A stretch of 64,000 bases of DNA from Macrostomum lignano (lineage: Eukaryota), in the NCBI GenBank assembly GCA_002269645.1, contig NIVC01001637.1, positions 1 to 64,000 of the forward strand, given 5' to 3'. Shown here piece after piece: positions 46,301 to 58,300 of the stretch. The notes under the pieces are model-generated. The model saw nothing but the letters and a program-made list of their open reading frames with translations. It did not search any database and was not told where the DNA came from. Each line of letters starts with the position of its first letter. Positions within the stretch are counted from its first letter, which is position 1. The translations under genes and the position numbers were made by a program.

Positions 46301-49300
46301 GGGATATTCTTAGACTGATCCCCAGGTGTTTATTTTTTTAGATTCTTTAGCTGATCCCAGAAATTTTCGGGACTTTACAGACAGATCCCAGAAATTCTCG
46401 TCACTTTACAGACAGATCCCAGAAATTATCGGGACTTTACAGACAAATCCCAGAAATTTTCGGGACTTTACAGACAAATCCCAGAAATTGTCGGGACTTT
46501 ACAGACAGATCCCAGAAATTGTCGGGACTATACAGACAGATTCCAGAAATTTTAGGGATTTTACAGACATCTCAGAAATTCTCGGGACTTTACAGACAGA
46601 TCCCAGAAATTATCGGGACTTTACAGACAAATCCCAGAAATTGTCGGGACTTTACAGACAAATCCCAGAAATTGTCGGGACTTTACAGACAGATCCCAGA
46701 AATTGTCGGGACTATACAGACAGATTCCAGAAATTTTAGGGATTTTACAGACATCTCAGAAATTCTCGGGACTTTACAGACAGATCCCGGTAATTTTCGG
46801 GAATACGCTCCTCGTAGGTCCTACAAATAAACGTAGTTTTTTGTAATGTATTTTAAAAAGCGTTGTAAGTAAAATACGAGTAAAAATAGCATTAATTCAA
46901 CCCACCCACCCCCAACTCGCAGTCCTGCCCGACTATCCCAGATCAGATGGTCGCGCTCAAGCCGACGAAGTTCTCCGCCGCTGTCGCGTCCTGTTCCACT
47001 TCGCTCGCAAACCGATACTGATCACTGATCAGGCCTTTCAAGACGATGTTCGAGCCTGGCTGATTGAACTTGGCGGCGCTCTGCTGCGTTGCGCCACCTG
47101 GCGTGAGCACCTGTACCTGCTGTGCGAGCTGCTCCGCTGTCCGCCTGGTGTCGGCGACTGGGGCGCCTGCTTGGTGCAGCTGCCGGCCGATCAGCTGATT
47201 GACTCTGCTAGCGGCAACGGCGGGTCATCGGCTGTTGCTGCTGCGGATCTTTGTCTGGCTGCACTGCAGCTTATTGTGTGCCCCGTGGCTGAGAGGGCCA
47301 GGTGAGAGGCGGGAAAGGTAGATACTTATTTAGAAGTTGTTTTTTAAGGGTTTTAGTTCGAAATTTAGAGGTGAGATTCGTTTCAATTTAGGGATGAGAT
47401 TCGTTCCATTCAAAAGTACGGTTCGTTCTTAGTTTGGGTGAGGTTCGTTTTAATTTTGGGCTGAGATTCGTTCCTATTTAGGGGTGAGATTCGTTTCAAT
47501 TAAGGGTGAGAGTTTTTTTAATTTAGGAGTGAGATTCGTTCTAATTTAGAAACAGATTCTTTCCTTTTTAAGGGTGAAATTCATTCTAATTTAGGGGTGA
47601 GAACGTTCCAATTTTAGGGTGAGATTCGTTCCAACTTAGGGTGAGATTTGTTTCAATTTTAGGGTGAGATTCGTTTCAATTTTAGGGTGAGATTCGTTTC
47701 AATTTAGAAGTGAGATTCGTTCCAATTTAGGGGTGAAATTCGTTCCAATTCAGGGGTGAGATTCGCTTCGATTTAGGGTGAGATTCGTTCCAATCTAAGG
47801 GTGAGATTCGTTCCAATTTGGGGTGAGATTCGTTTCAATTTGGGGAGAGATTCGTTCCAACTTTAGGGTGAGATTCGTTCCAATTTGGGGTGAGATTCGT
47901 TCCAACTTATAAGAAAGCGGGGAGATTCGTCCTGACTCCACCACTCCTCCCCATCGTCCCCAGGTTCATGGCCCCATTCGAGGCCCTGGACAGCCTGCCA
48001 GCGGGAGAGCAGCCGCAACATCAACAGCAGCAGCAACAGGACGACTCTTCCAGATGGATTTTCGTTGACGAAGAAGGCGAAGCCTACGACAACCAGAGGG
48101 ACGCACTGACGGAGCTGCGGGACACCGACCTGCTAGCGTTGCTGTCTCAGCTGCCGCTGCACTCCCTGCTCAGATCCCTATTCGCTTCTGCAGGGGATAA
48201 TTCTCCCCAAGTGCCGTTGCCTAAGCTACTAGCTTTTGTCAACAGTTTCGTATCCATTGCCGAGTTGGGATTCGATTCGTTGAAACAGGCAGCTAGATAT
48301 CGATTAGTCAGTCGCTGGCTGGGTCACGTGATACGCCAGGCTCTTGTTCTGCTGTCTGATAGATTTCTAGCGGAGTCAGCTGTGAACTACCAACCACAGC
48401 AGTGGGCTACCATGTCGGCCACAATGGAACGGGTGTTCCTGCGCTGTGTTAGAGCACTGCTCAGCGCTGGGAGGCACGGCAGCTGGCAATATCTCACCGA
48501 GTTGCCTCTGGACTGTCTGTCTGGTCAGTGCAAATTGAGCCTGATCAATACCCTGTTGCAGGACTGCGGTCTGATTGAATTGGAGTCCAGATTGACAGCT
48601 TTGTCACCGTCTGAGGCTATCTATCTGCTTACTAGTTTGAGCAATGTAGCTTGTCAGTGTGACGCTTCAGTGCCTGACCAGAGAAACCTGCTGCTAAGCA
48701 TCACGGATGAGATCTTTAATCTGGCATTCGTTCGTGAGCACACCAGGGATCTGTGCGGTAAAGTTGGATGCGAACTGCTCACTTCTATTGGATTGAGGCA
48801 CCCGCTAGTGCTCAGGGAGATGCTGGATTATGTGGATCGGGCTAAACTCGATATGGTCTTTGGGGTGAGTATAACTGCTCATGTTAAATTCCGCTCATTG
48901 TATTCTTGTGTTTGTCATATTTTACACCTGAAAAAATTGTCGTTTAAAATTTTGTCCTGTGAGGTTGGATGACTCAATTTGTTCATAGCTTTATATGCTT
49001 CTATGCTTTATAAACGGTTATAGGCTAATAGGTCTGTGTATTAAAACTGGTCATAGCCCTCTGTGTGTTAAAACTGGTCATAGCCCTCTGTGTGTTAAAA
49101 CTAGTCATAGCCCTCTGTGTGTTAAAACTGGTCATAGCCCTCTGTGTGTTAAAACTGGTCATAGCCCTCTGTGTATTAAAACTGGTCATAGCCCTCTGTG
49201 TGTTAAAACTGGTCATAGCCCACTGTGTTAAAACTGGTCATAGCCCACTGTGTTAAAACTGGTCATAGCCCACTGTTAAAACTGGTCATAGCCCTCTGTG

Positions 49301-52300
49301 TGTTAAAACTGGTCATAGCCCTCTGTGTATTAAAACTGGTCATAGCCCACTGTGTGTTAAAACTGGTCATAGCCCACTGTGTTAAAACTGGTCATAGCCC
49401 TCTGTGTGTAAAAACTGGTCAGAGCCTACTGTGTGTTAAAACTGGTCATAGCCCACTGTGTTAAAACTGGTCATAGCCCTCTGTGTGTAAAAACAGGTCA
49501 GAGCCTACGGTGTGTTAAAACTGGTCATAGCCCTCTGTGTGTTAAAACTGGTCATAGCCCTCTGTGTGTTAAAACTGGTCATAGCCCTCTGTGTGTTAAA
49601 ACTGGTCATAGCCCTCTGTGTTAAAACTGGTCAGAGCCTACTGTGTGTTCTCCGTGTTTTATAACTAGTTATAGCCCATCATATTTTCAAACTGGTCATA
49701 GCCTTCTTGATTAATTAGACAGGTCATATTCTTGTGGCTGTCATCATTAACAGGTCTATGATATTGCTGCTCTCGAAAAATAGTTGATCATTTAAATATT
49801 GTAATTATCGATTCGTAATATTTTCTGATCATCAACATTTTAAAATTTTGTTATTCTAATTTACGATCGCTGCTGTCAGGTGCTGGAAACGTCGGATCCA
49901 AATGCTAGCAAGGTAAACCCATGTCAATTAATTCAATAATTACTCAATTATCGTTAAATCTTATACAGTACAATACTAACTTGATAATGTAGTATTTTAA
50001 TATATTGATGGAGTTTTTTGCTGTGTTAATTAGTATCTATCCTTTATTAATTTAGTTATCGACGTTTCGCTTCTCCGGTTTTTTGGGTTGTGTACTTTTA
50101 TATTTATGATATTTTTGTACTATTAACGTACTTCAATATTAATTTATTGATAAAATCTCTAAACCAGTTAAATTTCTTGTGCATACGTGTGTGCTGGTTT
50201 TCTATCAGATCTAAACTCAGGATGGCAACAATAAAAATAATAAGGGGAGTTGCAGCCTAGTGGTTAGAGCGTCGGACACACGACTGAAAGGTCGGGGGTT
50301 CGATTCTGGACCTAACTCGGAACAATCTGTGTCCTTGAGCAAGACAGTTAACTCTGGGATAATTGAGGGTGTGAATGGTGACCCCCCCCCCCCAGTCATT
50401 GGACTGACAGCCGTACGCAGCCTTCAGATGTGCCACGCAATAGCTGCGGCTGAGCTGTCGGTTGCACATCTGGCCCAGTTGAGGCAGGTGTAATCAATGA
50501 TCATTATTAGCTTGTAAAAAAACAGGATGATAAAATCTACGATCAAAATTGGTTGTGTCATGACATAATAAACAGATTTATCATGTCTACTGATTTCAGG
50601 ACGTGCTCAGCCTATTCAAGGATCTGCCATTTCAAACATTTGTGCCAGACAAGGCACTGCTCACTCGGTTTCTGCACTGGCTGACCTTGTATCCGTTGAA
50701 GTCGCTTCGGAGCTGCATCGCTAGGCTGGTGCTGGACGGGTTCAACTGGTCTGTGGATTTTAATGTGAGTTCTGCTTCTTTTTAGTGTTTTTTTTCTTGG
50801 AAGCTTTTTTAGCACCAGGCTATAATATTTATAACAGTACATTTTAGTAACTTTTTTCGGTAGGTTGCTAGGAAATGATGCTTGTGATTTTATAGAATTT
50901 CATTTATTATTTGTTCTTTGAATTTTTCTAATGCATTATTTTTGTCCTATTGAGTTTATTTTTTTATATTAAAGACTCATCAATTTCTAAGAATCCCTGT
51001 CGATCAATTTATTTATTGATTTCTAAGAATCCTTATCGATCTATTTATTTGTTGATTTCTAAGAATCCTTATCGATCTATTTATTTATTGATTTCTAAGA
51101 CTCCTTGTCGATCTATTTATTTATTGATTTCTAAGAATCCTTGTCGACCTATTTATTTATTGATTTCTAAGAATCCTTATCGATCTATTTATTTGTTGAT
51201 TTCTAATAATCCTTGTCGATCTATTTATTTATTGATTTCTAAGAATCCTTGTCGATCTATTTATTTATTGATTTCTAAGAATCCTTGTCGATCTATTTAT
51301 TTATTGATTTCTAAGAATCCTTATCGATCTATTTATTTATTGATTACTAAGAATCCTTGTCGATCTATTTATTTGTTGATTTCTAAGAATCCTTATCGAT
51401 CTATTTAATTTATTGATTTCTAAGAATCCTTATCGATCTATTTATTTATTGATTTCTAATAATCCCTGTCGATCTATTTATTTATTGATTTCTAATAATC
51501 CTTGTTGACCTATTTATTTATTGATTTCTAAAAATCCTTGTTAATCTATTTATTCGTTAATTTCTAAGAATCCTTATCGATCTATTTATTTATTGATTTC
51601 TAAGAATCCTTATCGATCTATTTATTTATTGATTTCTAAAAATCCTTGCCGACTTATTTATTTGTTGATTTCTAAGAATCCTTGTTGACCTATTTATTTA
51701 TTGATTTCTAAGAATCCTTGTCGACCTATTTATTTATTGATTTCTAAGAATCCTTACCGTCCTATTTATTTATTGATTTCTAAGAATCCTTGTCGATCTA
51801 ATTATTTTTTGATTTCTAAGAATCCTTGTCAACCTATTTATTTATTGATTTCTAAGAATCCTTTTCGACCTATTTATTTATTGATTTCTAAGAATCCTTT
51901 TCGACCTATTTATTTATTGATTTCCAAGACTCCTTGTCGATTATTTTATTTATTGATTTCTAAGAATCCTTGTCGACCTATTTATTTATTGATTTCTAGG
52001 AATCCCTGTCGACCTATTTATTTATTGATTTCTAAGAATCCTTTTCGACCTATTTATTTATTGATTTCTAAGAATCCTTGTCGATCTATTCATTTATTGA
52101 TTTTTAAGAATCCTTGTCAACATATTTATTTATTGATTTCTAAGAATCCTTGTCGGCCTATTTATTTATTGATTTCTAAGAATCCTTGTCAACCTATTTA
52201 TTTATTGATTTCTAAGAATCCTTTTCGACCTATTGATTTATTGATTTCAAAGAATCCTTGTTGACCTATTTATTTATTTATTGATTTCTAAGAATCCTTG

Positions 52301-55300
52301 TCGATCTATTTATTTGTTGATTTCTAATAATCCTTGTCGACCTATTCATTTGTTAATTTCTAAAAATCCTTGTCGACCTATTTATTTATTGATTTCTAAG
52401 AATCCTTTTCGACCTATTTATTTATTAATTTCAAAGAATCCTTGTCCACCGGTTCGTTGCTTATACAATGCAATTTAATTTAGTTTCGTTTTTCTGCAAA
52501 ATTCGCTACATACTCTTTGGCTACTATAAGTAGAAGTTCAAGCATGCTACTACTAAACATTTTTGCACCTGAAAAACTACCAAATACAGAATCCGGCAGT
52601 GCTATTCCTACCACACGAGACTCACGTGGAAGTGGCCCTGATTCTGGTTCAAGCCAGTCAGCAGCTGTTCTCCAATAAATCCTTTGCCCAGCAACTCCGC
52701 TCCGGCGGTATCAACGCCTTCCCGCCTCAGTCAGTTGAGGAGCGATTCTATCTTTGGTGCGTGAATTTGATGGCCCGACTCCGGCTGCACCTGACCAGCC
52801 TGCCGACTTTGAATGCTCACGCTGCTGCCGCGGAGCTGCGGCCTGACCGGGTCGATCCGCAGTCTGCACTGTTTCGCGGCCTGCTCAAAGAGGGCCTGGA
52901 AGCTGACAATCCGGTGGCTATTTATGCTGCCCTGGTCATGACTCGACTGGGGAATAATACTGGTGAGGCAATTGCCTGTGTGAGCTTTTATGTTGAGTCT
53001 TCAGCATGTTTCCTAGTTTTCTTTGAGGGTTTTTTTTAGTTTCACAGGTTCTTATTTAGAATCTTTGAGCTTCAGATTCTTTTCCTGAGCTTCAGGGTCT
53101 GTTCATGAGCTTCAGGATCTTTTTTATGATCTTTTCAGGATCTTTTTCAGGAGCTTCAGGATCTTTTTCTGAGCTTCAAGATCTTTTTCAGAAGCTTCAG
53201 GATCTTTTTCAGGAGCTTCAGGATCTTTTTCAGGAGCTTCAGGATCTTTTCCCTGAGCTTCAGGATCTTTTTCAGGAGCTTCAGGATCTTTTCCCTGAGC
53301 TTCAGGATCTTTTCCCTGAGCTTCAGGATCTTTTCCTGAGCTTCAAGATCTTTCCCTGAGCTTCAGGATCTTTTCCCTGAGCTTCAGGATCTTTTCCTGA
53401 GCTTCAGGATCTTTTTCAGGAGCTTCAGGATCTTTTCCTAAGCTTCAGGATCTTTTCCTGAGCTTCAAGATCTTTTTCAGGAGCTTCAGGATCTTTTCCT
53501 GAGCTTCAGGATCTTTTCCTGAGCTTCAAGATATTTTCCTAAGTTTCAGGATCTTTTCCTGAGCTTCAGGATCTTTTCCTGAGCTTCAAGATATTTTCCT
53601 AAGTTTCAGGATCTTTTCCTGAGCTTCAGGATCTTTTTCTGAGTTTCAAGATATTTTCCTAAGCTTCAGGATCTTTTCATTAGCTTCAGGATCCTTGTAT
53701 AAGCTTCAGGTCGATCGTCTCTTGAGCTTCAGGATCTTTCATGAGCTTCAGGATCTTTTCATGAGCTTCAGGGCTTTTTCCTGAGCTTTAGGATCTTTTC
53801 ATGAGCTTCATGATCTTTTCCTGAGCTTCAGGATCTTTTCCTGAGCTTCAGGATCTTTTTCAGGAGCTTCAAGATATTTTCCTAAGCTTCAGGATCTTTT
53901 CATTAGCTTCAGGATCCTTGTATAAGCTTCAGGTCGATCGTCTCTTGAGCTTCAGGATCTTTCATGAGCTTCAGGATTTTTTCATGAGCTTCAGGATCTT
54001 TTCCTGAGCTTCAAGATCTTTTTCAGGAGCTTCAGGATCTTTTCCTGAGCTTCAGCATGTTCTCCTGAGCTTCAGGATCTTTTCCTGAGCTTCAAGATCT
54101 TTTTCAGGAGCTTCAGGATCTTTTCCTGAGCTTCAGCATGTTCTCCTGAGCTTCAGGATCTAACCTTTCAGTTTCGTACATTTAAAGTTTCTTAGCTTTA
54201 TTTTATGAAGCGCGTAAACTGTATGAAATGTTAATATTTAAACTTTAATTCCAAAGCTGAATAATTTGATCTTCAATCACTGCAGGCGAGCTCCTGTCCT
54301 CAGGCTTGACCCACCTGACCAGCCTGTGCCGATTGAAGCAGACCCGATTAGCTCTGGAGTTTCTCAGCCACGCAGCTGCTATGCTCACTCCTACTGAGCC
54401 GGCCACACTCTACTCAAACCCCACTGCTCACTCTGCTCTGGCAACCCTAGCCATGTGTGATGATGCCTGGTGGAACCAGCACCGGGTTCCCGGTGGGCAG
54501 CGCACCTTTCCCGGTCCGAATCTCCGCTTGATTGGTTCCGCTTTGCTGGGCTCTCCGGCTGGCATTGAGCCTTGGCTGAGAAGTCTGCTGCTGCAGGTGA
54601 GGCATCATTCATCTCTACCTGTATTGTTTTGTCCGAGAATATCCTACCTGAGAACCTCAGAATCGCCTCTCAATAACCCTAGGAATTCCCCTGAAACCAC
54701 ACTAAGAATTCCCCCAAAACGACCGTGAGAATTCATCCCAAAATAACCTTGAGAATTCCCCCCGAGACCACCCTGAGAATTCCCCTTCAACAACCCTGAA
54801 AATCGCCCTTCAACAGCCCTGAGAATCGCCCCTTAACAGCCCTGAGAATCGCCCCTCAGCAACCCTGAGAATCGCCCCTCAGCCCTGAGAATCGCCCCTC
54901 AACAGCCCTGATAATCGCCCCTCAACAACCCTGAGAATCGCCCCTCAACAACACTGAGAATCGCCCCTCAACAACCCTGAGAATCGCCCCTCAACAACAC
55001 TGAGAATCGCCCCTCAACAACACTGAGAATCGCCCCTCAACAACACTGAGAATCGCCCCTCAACAACCCTGAGAATCGCCCCTCAACAACACTGAGAATC
55101 GCCCCTCAACAACACTGAGAATCGCCCCTCAACAACCCTGAGAATCGCCCCTCAACAACCCTGAGAATCGCCCCTCAACAACCCTGAAAATCGCGCTTCA
55201 AAAACACTAAGAATCGCCCCTCAACAGCCTTAAGAATCGCCCCTCAGCAACCCTGAGAATCGCCCCTCAACAACCCTGAGAATCGCCCCTCAGCAACCCT

Positions 55301-58300
55301 GAGAATCGCCCTTCAGCAACCCTGAGAATCGCCCCTCAGCTACCCTGAGAATCGCCCTTCAGCAACCCTGAGAATCGCCCCTCAGCAACCCTGAGAATCG
55401 CCCCTCAACAGCCCTGAGAATCGCCCTTCAGCAACCCTGAGAATCGCCCCTCAGCAACCCTGAGAATCGCCCTTCAGCAACCCTGAGAATCGCCCCTCAG
55501 CAACCCTGAGAATCGCCCTTCAGCAACCCTGAGAATCGCCCCTCAGCAACCCTGAGAACCGCCCCTCAGCAACCCTGAGAATCGCCCTTCAGCAACCCTG
55601 AGAATCGCCCCTCAGCAACCCTGAGAATCGCCCTTCAGCAACCCTGAGAATCGCCCCTCAGCAACCCTGAGAATCGCCACTCACTCGACCCCACAGGCCC
55701 CAGCGTGTCTGCAGAACCGTGGTGTGCTGTACCTGATCGACCGCCTGTGCTGTCAGGCAGTGGTACTGGACGCGATTGCAGCCCAGCAACCGCAGCAGCA
55801 GCAGCCACAGCAGCAAGGCTTCGACACGATGCTCAGTTGTATCCGCTCGGCTTGCCAAGCATTCAACAACGGAACCGGAAGCGGAGGCGGAAGTGGCGGC
55901 GGCGGCGGCGGCGGTTTTCTCAAATCCGTGGCCGGATTGTTCTCTGGCGGCCGGTCGTTCTTACTGGACGGCGTGAAAGCAGAGGCGGACAGACAGCTGG
56001 TGCCCTGGCTTCGCTTCGGTCTGCTTCTAGTAGAAACTAGAGAAGAAGACGATTCTGGCATCTGGACAGCTCTGATCAGCCGACTAGCCGAGACTCAGCA
56101 TCACCAGTCCTCGGCTTCATCAGTTAGTCCTCAAACTGCTTTTCAGAAAGCTCGATCAAGAATTGCCGCTAGTAGCTCCTCTTCTGGAAGCAGCAGCAAC
56201 AAATTAGAATTCAATCAGTTGGCTATATTTAGATGGGCAGATTTTCTACAAGACTTGCTCCGAGAACAACAGGCTTCTGCTTCTGCGCCGGAGCAGCAAG
56301 AGCAGCCTTCGGCCGCCACCTGCGCCGTGCTGGCCTTGGCCTGCGAGCAGTTCTTCTTGCGCTATTTCGCTCGGGCGCATCAGCACGCGGGCAGCCAAGG
56401 CGAGCGCCTGTTCGTAGCCGCCAACCTCACCAGCCAGATCAAGTTCATCCGCGGCCGGCTCAGAGACATCGGCAGGCAGCTGGTTGCCGCCGGTCAGCAG
56501 CCTCTGCTAGCCAATCATCTTGAAGCCTTCGCCCTGTGGATTGACGAGCCGCGACTGCACAGCGAATCTCTGATCCTTGCCGCTTTGCCGCCGCAGTACC
56601 TGTCTCAGAGGCTGTGCACCTTGTTGCTAGGCCAAGCCGAGCCATGGCTTGAGCTGCTGCCAATCGATGAGCTGCGCACCCAGCTGGAGTCGCTGGCCCA
56701 CTCCTGGCTTCGTCGGGCCGATGTCGGCGATGCCGGAATGCGCCGTCTGCAGGATCGGGTTCGTCGCCCGCCCAGAGGCGGCGGCGGGAGCAACGACGAG
56801 CCGGCTGATAGGATTGCTGCTAGGCTAGACGAGTTGGCTAACCGGTTTAAACCGGTTGCACCGCCATCAGCGCTGGCTGCCGCTGGCTCCCAACAGCTGC
56901 AGCAGTTGTGGCAGGATGCTTCCTTGATGACACTGCCTAGTAAGTAGATGACGAAGCATTTAAGTATGCAATTGGAGACATGGCTACTCCGGCCGTTTAC
57001 CCAAACTTAAATGTAAACGTAAGCTAATAAGCTGGCGAGGCGTTTAAGTATGCATATGAAGTGATAGCTACTCTGGCCGTTTACCCAATCTTGAATGTTA
57101 ATCTAAGCTAATTAGACGGCGAGGCATTTAAGTATTCATATGAAGTTACAGCTACCCCAATCGTTTACCCAATCTTGGCTGATTGTTAATCTAAGCTAAT
57201 TAGCTGGGAAGGCATTTCGGTTTAGTGTCGTCTAGAGTCAACTTGTTTCCGTACTTATTACTGTACTGGTATGTACTTATACTTGTACCGTACTTATGTT
57301 ACCTGCAACGATTATTGGGCAATGCAAGTGACTCTGGGGGAATGCTTATAGACTAATTATATGACGAGGAACTAATTAGCAGCTATAGTTACTCTCGCCG
57401 TTTACCCAATCCAAAACAAACGCAGACGCCAGCATCCTTGGCGACAAGGTTCGTCTGCTTCACTACCTTGAAGAGCGGCTGGCCTGTCTGACTCTGGGGG
57501 CCAGAGATTTCAATGACCGATCTACCAAACTGCTGAATTTGGATCTCAACTATACGGAGAATCTGCCGCACCTGTACTGCCTAGTGGCCAAGGAGCAGAC
57601 TTTTAATGTGGCCTGCGGACCAGCTCTGCAGCTGTGTGAGTTCCTGTGCGATTCTTAAATTTCTCCCATAAATGATAGATCCCAATTAATCCCATCAGAT
57701 CTCATTTAATCCCATCAGATCCCAATTGATCCCATCAGATCCCATTTAATCCCATCAGATACCAATTGATCCCATCAGATCTCATTTAATCCCATCAGAT
57801 ACCAATTGATCCCATCAGATCCCATTTAATCCCATCAGATCCCAATTGATCCCATCAGATCTCATTTAATCCCATCAGATACCAATTGATCCCATCAGAT
57901 CTCATTTAATCCCATCAGATCCCAATTGATCCCATCAGATCCCATTTAATCCCATCAGATACCAATTGATCCCATCAGATTCCAATCGATCCCATCAGAT
58001 CCCATTCGATCTCATCAGATCCCATTTGATTCCGTCTCTCTCAAAAATCCCAATTGATCCCATCTCTCCCATAGATCAATTAATCCCATCTCTCCCTTAG
58101 ATTCCAATTGATCCCATCTCTCCCACAGATCCCAATTTATCTCATCTCTCCCACAGATCCCAATTGGTCCCATCTCTCCCACAGATCCTAATTGGTCCCA
58201 TCTCTCACACAGATCCTAATTGGTCCCATCTCTCCCACGGATCCTAATTGATCCCATCTCTCCCACAGATCCTAATTGATCCCATCTCTCCCACAGATCC

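Noticed and set aside
50950-52478. Repetitive-protein ORFs (also 42414-43140, 46326-46830, 48995-49624, 53105-53359, 58248-58759, 61235-61984, 63184-63470)
   Set aside because: They arise from stop-free minisatellite units, mostly start at non-ATG codons, and lie in introns or flanks of EPG5, whose exon chain is phase-consistent without them.
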